From the NCBI GenBank assembly GCA_020137815.1, contig CM035356.1, positions 7,068,001-7,132,000 on the forward strand: 64,000 nt of DNA, given 5' to 3'. The translations under genes were made by a program, and so were the position numbers. The stretch's first letter is position 1. Every line of letters begins with the position of its first letter. Shown piece after piece: positions 38,101-51,700 of the stretch. The stretch is from Hormiphora californensis. Its lineage: Eukaryota; Animalia; Ctenophora. The notes below the pieces were generated by a model that worked only from the letters and a program-made list of their open reading frames with translations, was not told where the DNA came from and ran no database searches.

Positions 38101-41100
38101 TCACCATGATACCGCCCCCCCCCCCGTCATGATAGGCACATGATCTTAACGAATCGCATGTCATGATGTAAGCATTGTAAGCTTGTGAAACGTGAGAAAG
38201 GAGAGAGACACAGCGATTCAGAGACAGAGATAGGGATAGAGCGATAGCTGAAAGAGACAGAGAGGGGACTAGTTTGGTGTGTGAACCGATACGGAGTACA
38301 CTGATCTCCGTATCGGTTCACGATTCAGTATAGCTCATTAGCGGCGGAACTGTTTACAATATCAACCGAAACGGGGTACTGCTCACGATTCGGTAAACCT
38401 CATTAGCGGCGGAACCGCTTACAATGTGAACTGATACGAGGGTACTGCTGTAATAACTGATCGTTATTACAGGGCATCGCTATTACAGTAGGTACTGTAA
38501 TAGCGAGTTATTACAGGGGCCGCTATTACAGGGTCTCGCTATTACAGTACTGTAATAGTGAGTTATTACAGTACTGTAATAGCGTGTCGAGATTCTTCCG
38601 ACCTGCCAGATAATATTTAGTCCCAGATTGCATTCAATTTTAGTTTTCTAACACTCACATTGCTGCAGTATCACACACACAAACATTACATGCATTACCC
38701 ACACATGTCTCTTTTTCAAGAGGCGTTTTTACCTTCACTATCCCTGACAAGATCGGACAGGCAGCACTGCCCAAACACTAAACACAGAGAGAGGTTAGAT
38801 GAGACACAGAGAGAGGTTAGATGAGACACAGAGAGATGTTAGATGAGACACAGAGAGAGGTTAGATGAGACACAGAGAGAGGTTAGATGAGACACAGAGA
38901 GAGGTTAGATGAGACACAGAGAGAGGTTAGATGAGACACAGAGAGAGGTTAGATGAGACACAGAGAGAGGTTAGATGAGACACAGAGAGAGGTTAGATGA
39001 GACACAGAGAGAGGTTAGATGAGACACAGAGAGAGGTTAGATGAGACACAGAGAGAGGTTAGATGAGACACAGAGAGAGGTTAGATGAGACACAGAGAGA
39101 GGTTAGATGAGACACAGAGAGAGGTTAGATGAGACACAGAGAGAGGTTAGATGAGACACAGAGAGAGGTTAGATGAGACACAGAGAGAGGTTAGATGAGA
39201 CACAGAGAGAGGTTAGATGAGACACAGAGAGAGGTTAGATGAGACACAGAGAGAGGTTAGATGAGACACAGAGAGAGGTTAGATGAGACACAGAGAGAGG
39301 TTAGATGAGACACAGAGAGAGGTTAGATGAGACACAGAGAGAGGTTAGATGAGACACAGAGAGAGGTTAGATGAGACACAGAGAGAGGTTAGATGAGACA
39401 CAGAGAGAGGTTAGATGAGACACAGAGAGAGGTTAGATGAGACACAGAGAGAGGTTAGATGAGACACAGAGAGAGGTTAGATGAGACACAGAGAGAGGTT
39501 AGATGAGACACAGAGAGAGGTTAGATGAGACACAGAGAGAGGTTAGATGAGACACAGAGAGAGGTTAGATGAGACACAGAGAGAGGTTAGATGAGACACA
39601 GAGAGAGGTTAGATGAGACACAGAGAGAGGTTAGATGAGACACAGAGAGAGGTTAGATGAGACACAGAGAGAGGTTAGATGAGACACAGAGAGAGGTTAG
39701 ATGAGACACAGAGAGAGGTTAGATGAGACACAGAGAGAGGTTAGATGAGACACAGAGAGAGGTTAGATGAGACACAGAGAGAGGTTAGATGAGACACAGA
39801 GAGAGGTTAGATGAGACACAGAGAGAGGTTAGATGAGACACAGAGAGAGGTTAGATGAGACACAGAGAGAGGTTAGATGAGACACAGAGAGAGGTTAGAT
39901 GAGACACAGAGAGAGGTTAGATGAGACACAGAGAGAGGTTAGATGAGACACAGAGAGAGGTTAGATGAGACACAGAGAGAGGTTAGATGAGACACAGAGA
40001 GAGGTTAGATGAGACACAGAGAGAGGTTAGATGAGACACAGAGAGAGGTTAGATGAGACACAGAGAGAGGTTAGATGAGACACAGAGAGAGGTTAGATGA
40101 GACACAGAGAGAGGTTAGATGAGACACAGAGAGAGGTTAGATGAGACACAGAGAGAGGTTAGATGAGACACAGAGAGAGGTTAGATGAGACACAGAGAGA
40201 GGTTAGATGAGACACAGAGAGAGGTTAGATGAGACACAGAGAGAGGTTAGATGAGACACAGAGAGAGGTTAGATGAGACACAGAGAGAGGTTAGATGAGA
40301 CACAGAGAGAGGTTAGATGAGACACAGAGAGAGGTTAGATGAGACACAGAGAGAGGTTAGATGAGACACAGAGAGAGGTTAGATGAGACACAGAGAGAGG
40401 TTAGATGAGACACAGAGAGAGGTTAGATGAGACACAGAGAGAGGTTAGATGAGACACAGAGAGAGGTTAGATGAGACACAGAGAGAGGTTAGATGAGACA
40501 CAGAGAGAGGTTAGATGAGACACAGAGAGAGGTTAGATGAGACACAGAGAGAGGTTAGATGAGACACAGAGAGAGGTTAGATGAGACACAGAGAGAGGTT
40601 AGATGAGACACAGAGAGAGGTTAGATGAGACACAGAGAGAGGTTAGATGAGACACAGAGAGAGGTTAGATGAGACACAGAGAGAGGTTAGATGAGACACA
40701 GAGAGAGGTTAGATGAGACACAGAGAGAGGTTAGATGAGACACAGAGAGAGGTTAGATGAGACACAGAGAGAGGTTAGATGAGACACAGAGAGAGGTTAG
40801 ATGAGACACAGAGAGAGGTTAGATGAGACACAGAGAGAGGTTAGATGAGACACAGAGAGAGGTTAGATGAGACACAGAGAGAGGTTAGATGAGACACAGA
40901 GAGAGGTTAGATGAGACACAGAGAGATGTTAGATGAGAAAGGACACATGGAAGGTACATGTATGAGAGGTCCAGAGGTTAGATGTAACATGCAATGAAGA
41001 ACATGTAATGGTTATAACCGGGGCTTTGCGTATACCGACATATAGAAATGCTTTATGAAGGCTCAAAGTATTCTATGACAGTAATTATTAGTATGTCGGG

Positions 41101-41907
41101 ACTCGGGTAAGCGTTAAACTTACTTAATTTATATGCGTGTCGCAGGTCCTGGATACCCTTGTTGTCGAGGCCCACTAAAATCTCAATCAGAGCAATCTCA
41201 TCAGTACCTCCACCCTGAAACAATGATATAATGCTTCCCAAGATATCAGATACCGGGCCTCCCGGTCGATACCGGGCCTCCCGGTCGATATATACGAAGC
41301 CTCACGGTTAACCGGAACCTCGATATACCGAGCCTCCAGATATACCGAGCCTCCCGGTTAATCGGAACTTCGATTTACCGGAACCTATAAGTAGAAACCC
41401 TTTCCCAAACTTATCCCGGTAAATCGAGGTCCCACTGCATAATTGACTAAAAAATAAAGATACCCCTGATGGTCAAGATGGCCCGTTTATTGTGTACCTT
41501 CATTGCTCGTTTCATTTCCTTTGCCAGAAACTCAGGTATGGTTAACAGCATGTTAGTGCATAGCCTCAGGAAGTTTGAGCTCAGTTCCGACTTTAGCTCC
41601 CCGATTAGATCTTTTCCATACATTGTCTGAGGACGGTGTTAGAAACTGGTTTGAAATAAAATTAAGAAATAATCTAGTAAAAAGTGGAAATCTTTCAAAG
41701 CAAACTGTATCCAAAACAACTGAAAACACCATGGTGTCTTATTACCTTGAAACGAGCAGAGATTTCGAGACGTTGTTCCAGGTTTCTCTTGCCCAGGATA
41801 TTGATTATCTTCGCCTCGTTCGTTCCCAGCCCCTTCATGGATGACCTGAGTTCCTTACAGTCATCCTCGACATCAAAATTCTCGAACGCCTTCACCGTAC
41901 CCGGCAT
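26540..41907 (-). CDS. Annexin (four repeats, very short N-terminus)
   Basis: Exons 41907-41746, 41626-41498, 41214-41124, 37459-37323, 37174-37128, 36196-36130, 27689-27614, 27357-27299, ~27023-26902 (with indels), 26590-26540. Phases are consistent. Motifs GLGTNE, GGGTDE, RFGTDES, GFGT; ends EDTSGDFRTLLLLIVG*. Confidence 0.92.
27935..31484 (+). mobile_element. L2/CR1-group LINE, truncated in ORF1, inside an annexin intron
   Basis: ORF1 tail with CANC...H.A.S..CP knuckle (27941-28162); APE endonuclease (LQET, YRPP, GDFNFH, SDHH; 28174-29073); RT (QSGFRP, DLSAAFD, GVPQGS, YADD; to 31135) with one frameshift near 29040; (TTG)n tail at 31461-31484. Confidence 0.93.
32018..34466 (+). CDS. Nested antisense gene: secreted C1A protease + acidic/Pro linker + 2x ShKT + F-type-lectin/F5-8-like domain
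   Basis: Exons 32018-32475, 32546-32718, 32806-32861, 32984-33167, 33279-33868, 33987-34128, 34253-34466. Motifs: signal peptide, GVNSFTMMT, VKSQGECGSCW, GCNGG, WHAVSTVGY, VKNSWG, CLRTCGYC, CKKSCNAC, AEYAVDGD..ASHT...W...IKVIN...RL...LEFTEIKVY*. Small indels at ~32370-32445 and ~32557; AATAAA at ~34600 and ~34620. Confidence 0.86.
35867..35955. mobile_element. 89-bp Tc1/mariner-like MITE
   Basis: TIR CAGGGTGGTTCAGAAACATGGAG; TA TSD. Confidence 0.85.
37586..38607. mobile_element. 1022-bp foldback element with 8-bp TSD
   Basis: GGCAGGTCGGAAGAATCTCGACACG... arms of ~480 bp with internal CTATTACAG/CTGTAATAG subrepeats; TSD AGATAATA at 37578-37585 and 38608-38615. Confidence 0.92.
38782..40937. 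repeat. 22-bp minisatellite ACACAGAGAGAGGTTAGATGAG, about 98 copies, in an annexin intron
   Basis: Almost perfectly homogeneous; a G>T variant appears only near each end. Confidence 0.95.
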
Positions 41908-42400
41908 GGTGAGCTATATAATCAGATTGAGATTTAGAATCATTATTGATTGCAATTGATCAGATTAGATGAAAGAACTTGTTATATTCTAACTGGGGCG
42001 CAGAGAGAAAGAGAGAGAGAGAGGGAGTCGAACAAGACAAGACTCCTACACAATACCACTCTATGTAAAACGGTTCAATGGTATGTTGAGTGTTACAATT
42101 CAGAGTCAAGAAGCAAACTGAGGAGCATTCAACTTATAGAAGCGTTACACGATGCATAATGGGTACAATCTTATGCAGGGATCTGGACAAGAGAGAGACA
42201 AAACATATATATGGACAAATAAGGAGGAAAAGGTGGTGATAATGCAATGAGAAGTTGTTGCAGCATTATATTATGTAGGCAACGAATGGGCATCAAACGC
42301 ATTCTTTACGGCATAGTGTATACTAGACCGAAACAGGAATTGTCTTACACATTTTAGTAGGTTTCCATACAAGCTGACCACTGGTAAATAGATCTAAGTA

Positions 42401-42550
42401 AAGTCGGATTTTTGAAGTTGTCACCCCCCTTTTCGTGCGCGGAATGTTTTTGCGCGTCACATCACATGTTAACGTGTGGTGCGTGCGTCAAAATTGATAA
42501 ATTTCACATGCGCGGTCATTTTGGGGTGACAACTTCAAAAAATCCGACTT
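42401..42550. mobile_element. TA-TSD MITE, copy 2 of the 11353 family
   Basis: Near-identical to 11353-11503; TA flanks. Confidence 0.87.
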
Positions 42551-44884
42551 TACTAAATAGTATTATGTACAGGGCCAATAAGAATAAGAGTCCTTTTTTA
42601 TTCACAAATCTAATGGGTTTTTATTTTGTCTTGCTCAATGCTCAATCCAATCTCATCAAAAAAAACGTAGTGACCAGCAGATCTAGCTCACAAAGAGATA
42701 GAGGTTATAAACTTTTTTTTCAATCTATCGTCTTCCCTCTTTCTCTCTCTGATCCCCCTTTAGGAGCCTAACTATGTTGAACAATTATCACACAAACACA
42801 TGCATACAGGCACAGCAGGGTAGCATAGGGGGAAGCGGGCACGTGCATTGGAAAGATGCACGTGCGGGGTGAACAGACGACTGTACATAGGGAAATGCCA
42901 GCTTGGGTTGGGTTACAAAACATATAATATTCATTGTTCCTATAACATACATTGTGAGTTGCAAGTGGACGTACCAAGACAAAGCTGCCACAATTGTGTT
43001 GCTAAAAAAATTCGGAGCGGGATAGTGAGCCATATATATGTTCGGAAGTTACTACTTGTTAGAGAGACAAAGTCATGATATTAGCAAAGCTACTTATATT
43101 GTTTGAAAGATCTAAATTTCTAAAAATAACCAATGTCTTATAATACGATCTACAATGAATAATACTATAATGGTATATGGTATAAGAGGGACATTGATTA
43201 TACATACCATCTACAAGATGACTAAATATTTTACAGCCGAAACCAACGAAACATGGCACACGCTGCTGCACCTCTCATGTGTGATTGTGTATATACAGCA
43301 GTGAAAGTAATTGCCATTGGTTTCCGGCTCTCGCCGCGATGTTCCTCCAACAAGGAGACTGTAAATGTGAGAGAAAATGAATGCTAGAGATTGAATATTA
43401 TGCCGGGGACTCGATGGTTTTTTAAAGTTATGCAACTGAAAAGTTTTTCTAAGTAGCACATCGAGTGTTTTCTAATAACTGGAGAGAATGGAATGTGAAA
43501 ATTGGTTATGCTCAGTATAAAATGTGAAATTGTGCTGCTGCAGGTCAGTACGCATTACTGTAAGGGGAGAGAGAAAGGGAGCCATAGATACAGAGAGACA
43601 GATAGAAATAGAGACAGAGAGCAAGAAATATAGGGAGAGAGAAAGAGAAAGATGGACAGGAAGGGAGAATGAAAGGAAAGAGAGGTACGTCGTCTTTTGA
43701 TATGGTAAATGATTTCAAGGATCCCGCTGGGGCTGCTGCTGTACAAATCCTATCAAAAAGCTTTAATGGTCTCATGAATAACGCATTTAGGAACGAAGAT
43801 GATGTAAGGAGCTAATGATCTTTCTATTATACAGATGTCTGGCGTCGCCAGACCCGTTTTGATTCTCAGATCGGGTCGGCGCCGCCAGACAGTGAGTTTA
43901 GTGGATTGTTGATCAACAATTCGCCGGTTATTTAACAATATAGCTGGTGAACTTTATCGTATGAGTGTATGCAAAGTGAACGAGATCTTTAGGCCATGTA
44001 GTAGACTAGTAGTCTGTGAGTTGGTATAGCTGTGTAGATCTAGGCTTTGCTCCAGTGGGAGCGCATCGTCGTGTTATGCCGATTATAATGCTGGAGGGGA
44101 GAGCATGTAGGGAACGCACGACAGGGCTGCACAATATACTATGTTGTCCAAAAATAGACGGAGCATTCCACAGAACCATTAAAACTATACAGAGTACTGC
44201 TGCAGCTGTAGCAGGTGTTTGAGTACATTTTGGTAAACAAGTCTGAGCACCTTGTACCCACGCAGCTAAAGAGAAGCTCGGGCTGCACTGTTATGTATAC
44301 TGTTGTAGAGTAAAGGATGTGTTAGGCTATAACGCTACTGTAGTCTACAGTAGAGTAAAACAAGCTCATGCCAGCAAAATGAAGATCATCGCACAAGATA
44401 TATATTGTATAGTAACACAGAAAAGGTCATCTAACAGATCAATATCTCGATGATACATATATAGAGATCAGTTGTAATGATGATTATCAGCTCAGTGGAA
44501 AGTAATTAACTCTGTATCACTCGGTGATTCACCGATTGTTGGAGATCTCATTGTTTACGGGGGGGGGGGGGGGGGGGGGATGAAGGAGTTGCCAGCTCTG
44601 ATTATCTCAACTGCATGTATCCACAAAAGGGTGCTCTCTACTGCAGCAACAGCATACTGCAGTATACTGTGGGTACCCTCCCGACTCTCCCGAACTCTCA
44701 TAGAGCGCTTATGAAATAAAATACAGTGTGAGCTACACAACCCTCTGCTACCCCAATCACTATACCAACCTTGCATTATAACAAGGGACCGTAACCCCTC
44801 CTGTCCCTGATGGATTGACATTACCGGATTAATCCATGACAGACTTGTCATTATTACCATGTGCACCAAGGTCATTACATTAGT

Positions 44885-44918
<34 letters not shown>

Positions 44919-45107
44919 GAGAGAGAGGGGGAGAGAGAGAGTGAGAGAGAGAGAGTGAAAGAGAAAGAGAGATCTGAAGAAGCGATACAATCCCACAGGG
45001 AGTGGTTTAATCTAAGCTAATCTCCATATGAAGTCGCCCCATTCACTAGGACCCCTGCTGCATCGTCCGCCATATTTATAGAGCCTCTCTATCTCTTTGA
45101 TCTCTCT

Positions 45108-45150
<43 letters not shown>

Positions 45151-45185
45151 CTCCCTGCCTCGCTGTGGGAGTAATCTATTGCTTG

Positions 45186-45199
45186 GTTGCCATGGCAAC
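45186..45199. promoter_or_regulatory. Candidate RFX X-box
   Basis: Perfect palindrome GTTGCCATGGCAAC about 155 bp upstream of the ATG of a Tctex1-domain gene. Confidence 0.55.
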
Positions 45200-45352
45200 T
45201 AAGACGGTGTAACAAGCAAAAGTCACTGATTAAAACCCTTCCTCCCTCGCCACTCTCCCTTCTTCGACACATGCCTACTACACTCGATTAAAGCTCTTTA
45301 CTATACTTTATTTTGTTGCTGTGTTTTGTATATATCAGCGATCCTCTACACA

Positions 45353-47602
45353 ATGCAAGAAGTCCAGACTAAAGGAGACCAAGTTCCCCAGCTCCAAGCA
45401 GCGCCAGTCAACAACAATGTGACTAACTCCCGGGATCCCTCGCACACCTCTCGAGATAACACTTTTCAGCCGTACAAGAGTAACAAACCACGGAGGCTCT
45501 CCGCTTCGACCAACCAGGGTAGCACCACCTCCGAGGATACCCAGCTCCATTCTCAGGTACAAAATAATCTCTGTCTCTCACTGACTGTCTCTCACTGACT
45601 GTCTCTCTCTCTCCCTCCCTCTCTTTCTCCCATCTCTTTCGGTTTACTAAGATCAGTTCTGTTGGCCTCATTTTCTATTTTCATTCCAAAACTCATTCTG
45701 TAACAAAAGAAAGCGTACTGGAGCACTTCGTTTGAAGTTCATCTTTGATTGATCTAATCACTGCATATGGAAGCTAAGACTCATATAAGAGCAATAATAT
45801 TATTGCACCACAACATCGTAACTTGCAATAACACGAAATGAACCTTCCCGTGAATATAATATTGCGATCTTTCTAATTAGAAAATTACATACAAGAGCGG
45901 AGATTATTTCTATATAATCTTCAAATTAATTACAACAGCTCTCTCTCCATCTCTAGATTGCATATGAAAATACCTACCAACTGTCACCGTTTGTCCATCA
46001 ACAATTCTCCGTGAAGAGGATACAAGATATCATAAAATCAGTGTTTATCTCAAAACTAGAAAACATCAAGTACACCTCGGACAACTTTCGGTTACTGTCT
46101 GTCCAACTGAGCGAGCAAATAAAAACTCAAGTCAAACAGGAACTGTCTTTCAACAACAGGTAACATATTTATATATGACGTATTATGTACTATCAATTAC
46201 GCCTAATTTAAGTGGATCTGAAATTACACGACATTCCACTAATAAAATCATAGACAAGGTCAGAGACGATGTCGATACATGCAGTGAGGTATATTAAATA
46301 TAATTATGGCTTTTAATTACATAAATAGCACAGGCAGAATAAAATCATACTAAAATTTAATATAATATTACTGCTCTATGGTACTGCTTGACAAATTTAA
46401 GACTTAATATGGAAACTCAGAACTGATAAATTAGAGTGTGTTACTATTCAAGACTAGATGCCGTCAAAAATGCACTTTTTTGAGGTTCACATATTATAAC
46501 ACCTACGAATGGGGCCATATGGCCATGTGGTAGGGGCGAATTTTTCACATTAGATTATGTAGTACCGTGTGAAGGGCACGTTGCTGAGGCCAAAATTTTG
46601 AGGTTAACACTAACCCTATTTTAATTGTTAACCTCCGAAATGCACCTCTTCTTTCAAAACAAAAGGCAAAATATTCCGTTTTTGGATATAAAGTAAAATA
46701 TATCCTTAGGTCATTTAGCGACATGAACCTCAAATAATGACTATAATAGCTATCATTTATGATAAAAATTGCCCCCTCCGCTACCACGGGCAAATTTTAA
46801 CCTCACAATTCTCCTAAACGGTGTGCACTGTGCACTAAAGCGATGGGAAATATTTCATTCAGTCCAGCTCTCCGTCCTCCGAGTAAGATCGAAAATGGTA
46901 TTAAAAAAATTCTTGAAGACCCCCGACCCCTTAATATAACGCAAAACTTTGGGCTTGAGTATTGTAGAAAGGTGCAGTACTAGTAATTAGTATTAGCTAT
47001 CTCTCTCCCCTTCTCTCTCCTGCAGTGAGACTCAACAAGCGCTGACTGCATACATACACGATCTAGCTAGCTAGTCTTTGTCCCTATATAATGTTACTGT
47101 TCTCAATAGATCTAGAGAGATTATATCCTATTCAAAGCTCAGCTAGTATAGAGAGCTGTGGGCCATTGTATTGGGATGTATGTCCATACTACGTAGAATG
47201 AGTGATAACAAAGGGTTTTGAGAGCATACACCATGCAAATGCGAATGATCAGGAAGGTATACAGGGTATGCTAACCGAGGCTGCAGCCTTTTCGCTAAAG
47301 CCTCGAGGCTCACGATCGTGAGTAAAATGTATACAATGCACCTACGTTATAGACCAAACTTTATCAGGAGATCAGGAGTTTATAGGATAATGATAGTCCG
47401 GTAAAGGTTTGAATTAACCCACTCTTTCCACTGCAGGTACAAGATAGTTGTCATGGTAACGATGGGCTCCCGATTTGCCCAGGCTATTCAGATTGCATCA
47501 CGGTGCATGTGGTACACACCAACGGACAAGTTCGCCTGCTGGGAGTTCTGCACGGAACATTTCTTTGCTGTTGGAGTTGTTTATGGGCTTTATTACGAGT
47601 AA
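45353..47602 (+). CDS. Tctex1-domain dynein light chain (TCTEX1D-like), paralogue B
   Basis: Exons 45353-45556, 45957-46159, 47437-47602: ...IAYENTYQLSP...IKTQVKQEL...RYKIVVMVTMG...IQIASRCMW...DKFA...FAVGVVYGLYYE*. Confidence 0.9.
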
Positions 47603-50366
47603 CAGCATGCTCACACTAAACAGATGTAATCAGCTCTAGATATCAGCTCTTCAGAATCAGATAGTTAAGACAAACTGTCTTCACCTGACTTCAACAAATG
47701 CACGGACAGCTGCTGTGGAAAACTGTGATACTAAACATGTGCTGTTTATTGTTAATAAGAAGGTCCACAGTAGTAGGGCTAAAGACCACTCTAAACTGTG
47801 TAGAAATGGCGAAAAAGAGCTACCAGCAAGTGCTAATCTGATTTAGCTGAAAGAGAGTGGGCACTGAACATGTATGTCTTCTGTAATGAAGTTGGAAATG
47901 AAGAATTAATGGAAGTGTGTGGTTAATTATGTTATTAATACATTGAATATGTACGTGAATGTGAATAAATTAATCATGCCACGTCCTCCAAACTGTGAAT
48001 TTAATTTTGTACCCTAAAACCCTGTCACTGGTTATTATACTTAGTCAATTTGAATTATCCAATGTAGTAGTGTACCGAAAGAAATCTACATAAAAACTTA
48101 CGTTTATAGAATAATTCTCACGCAGTGAAATCAATTTTCCACAGTGACTTCAATTTTCCAGAACTAAAGTGCCGATCAATTGTTTCCTACATATGAAACT
48201 AATTGCTGTTCTTTTGGACAATCTGCATGCATCCATTGTAGATTGCTATAGGGATCTCGACAAATATTGCATAGCAAAGTCGTGCTACTCCTCCTATATA
48301 GATAATCTCCATGCTAGCCTCTTCAGTATGTCCATTCCTCTCTTTCTCTTTCTCTCTCTCTCTCTCTCTCCCCTCTCTCTCTCCTCTCTCGATCTATATG
48401 ACATTTCACATTGCCAATGAAGACTCCACATGGTTGCTCTCTCTCTCTGCATTGCAATTTCTCTGCTATAACCGATATATAATAACATTTCACATATGGG
48501 CTGCTACCACTACAGCTACAGGTTATTGTCCCAGATTTAGCTATAGAGCTGTCTCTCTCCGCAGAAGCAGCAGGCCATGCCATGTTTCCGGTACACTTGG
48601 TCAAACACCTCCTCCACCCTTCATTGCCACCTCAAATATATATATTATGGAGCTCTAGAAGGCGTGACCGTATTCTTGAATTCTGCCTTGTCATTATTCT
48701 TTTTACTTTATCATTTTATTATTTTCCTCTACATCACACAACTAATTTACATGCTTGATGCAGATCTGCTCTCCCTGAACCTCTGTTGCCGATTTGTTCT
48801 TTCCTCCTTTTTGTCTCTATCTCCCCCTCGTTTACTCTCCATTGGCCATGGCCCCTTGGGTATAACGAGGTCCCCTCTCTTATTGGGAACTAACTAGACG
48901 TCGCGTGAGTGAAACTGCGAGAGAGCACAACCTAGGAGGGAGAGAAAAGAGGGGATCTTGTACCCAAATTGGCCCCCATTGTTTCACTGGCAGCAGCTGT
49001 CAGGTCTAACACAAGCTCTCCTAGATGTCAGTATAACAACAGTCCTTGAATCGGTAATATCCTCCTCTTTCTCTCGCCCCGCTCTCTTTCTCCCTCCTAA
49101 GTCCTGTTTCTCCCCCTTTTCTCTCCCGCTCTCTTTCACTCACTCCCCCTCTCTCTCTCTCTCACTATCTCTCCCCCTTTTCTCTCCCGCTCTCTTTCAC
49201 TCACTCCCCCCTCTCTCTCTCTCTCTCTCTCTTTCACTATCCCACTCTCCCTCTCTCTCTCTCTCTCTCTTTTTTCCTTCATCTACATCTCCAGTTATCC
49301 ATTTTCCTAATAAACGTGCCATACCTCCTCGGCCTGTGGCGACCTCTCATTTGTTCGTATGCCCACATACATAGAGAGAGGTGTGAGCTCTAGGATATAG
49401 AGGACTGAACGAAAGAGACGTAATGAGCATAATGAAGGTAAAGAGATGGAGAGAGGGAAGAAGAGGAAAAAAGGAGAGCAACAGAGATAAAGAGAGATGT
49501 ATTATATGAAAATTATTCACTGAAACAACAGTTGCGATAAATGGAACATTAGTTTCAGGAACATTAGTTCTAGGAAAAGATCTTAATTGATCGTTTACAG
49601 TTTTTGAAAATCTGATTCCAAAGATCACATGATGCTGCACTCCCAAGTGCTAATATACAGCTGTAGTAACTTGGTTCTCCTTGCCTATTTTACTTGGTAG
49701 AGGGAAATGGAAGTGTAGATCTATAGAGAGAGAGAGAGAGCAGGACGCAGGTAGCAATAGTAGGTAATGCTCTTGTGTTCCTGCTGTGGTACACTAAACA
49801 CAGTTAGGACCTTTCTAGACGAGAAGAAATTGTGCATCTGACCCTAGCTACCGCCTACCAGTGTCAGCTGCTCTTAGCAAAATAGTTTCCAGTCGAGAGT
49901 TGTTCTTAGCAGCTCACCCTAGCAGTTGTACTCTAGGTCAATCTACACTGGGTGACATTTTGGTCATGGGTTACACTTGATCTACCGAACCCTTACAGAG
50001 GAAATAAAATGCGGTGTAAACTATCAGCCACACAATTGGTGCATGATAAGGGTGCCATGATAGCTTAGTATCAGTTCACTCAATATAATCGAGATATGAT
50101 ATTATCATCATGTTATACTACAATCTAAGCCTGTCATGATACAATGATACATCGTTTTTCGTTCAATTCTTCATTGTATGTCCTTGAATTCGTACTCAAA
50201 AAAGTGTTTATAGTGCAAATCGCACACTTAGAATGGTTCACAAGATAGTATAGAATTTGTCTATTGTCACTCATTTGTCGTTTTATGACAACTAGTTAGT
50301 AGTTAGACGCCTATAATATGCCTTCCTTGTTCTAGGCGGTGTCTATTCAGCCAGGGTATCTATCTT

Positions 50367-50470
<104 letters not shown>

Positions 50471-50758
50471 TTACTCCTTCACTTCTCCCAGACAGGTGTT
50501 TCCCGCCTTTTTGACGTACCAGGAAACCAGTGCAGCAATATTCACACCGCCGGTGCTCACACACTACAATAGCGTGGGCTCCGTCCTTCTCTCTTTTTCT
50601 CCCTCCCTTTCTCTCTCCTGTGTTGTACATTTTTGAAGCTATCTTTCTCTTCGTTTCTTTTCATCCTCGTTGCTGTTGTTCTGTTTACAATAGTGCTCAT
50701 TATTATACGTCATTCACATGAAATCTTTATTCTTTCGCTGTCTTTAAAAGTGACTTCG

Positions 50759-50826
<68 letters not shown>

Positions 50827-51700
50827 TTCTCTCGTATAAAAATCGTTCGATCGCTTTTTATAACGAATTGTTAATGATCTTGTATGTTTAGTGGTGCGGT
50901 GTCGATAGGTAATTGTGGTGCCTACAGACAGAACGATAGAGAAAAAGAAAGAGAGAAAGAGAGAATAAGAAAAAGAGAGATAAAAAGAGATGGGGCTTTG
51001 TGGTTCATGCTTGCATGAAACTGTGGGTAATTACAATTATTGACTCCGCCTAGTTTATTTTCTGAAACTCGTCGGACTATTTACTTTTTCCAGAATACCG
51101 TAATTGGTAATATTGGTATCCCTCTCTTTCTTTTATTCAACAGATTTATATTATCTTCGGTAACCAATTATCATTATTTTCGTTTCTTCATCGATGTTCC
51201 AGCCATACACTGGTCTCCTTAATTATTAAGGACAACGATTAGACTATTAAGGTCTAATTGTTGTCTTGGCTTCATAATCACTTCATGCGGCCAATATTTC
51301 CTTTTCTCTACGAGGCCACAATAAAATTTGTCTTACGTTATAATACCCTCTCCTAGTACTGTCCTTGTCCATGTCATGTTTTGTTTTCTACTTAGATCCA
51401 TTTTACATACTTGCCTTCCGCTCTATCTTCTGCAGCTCAATTCAAGATCAAGGACGAACATATACTTTTTCGTGCATATTGCAGTAATCGCTTGATACGG
51501 ACCTTCGAGAATTATATAGGACATTCATGCATGTTGCATTGTTGCAGTTGTATTTGACTTGTACTATAGCTCTCTAGAGCTTCTATTCCTATGTCTTTTC
51601 TGTCTTGCTCTATTTTCCTTTCGAGATGTTTTTTTGGGTCAATACATTGAGAGAGCGAGGAATGGTTCAACTGTACATATGGGAGAGAGCTATTATTTAA

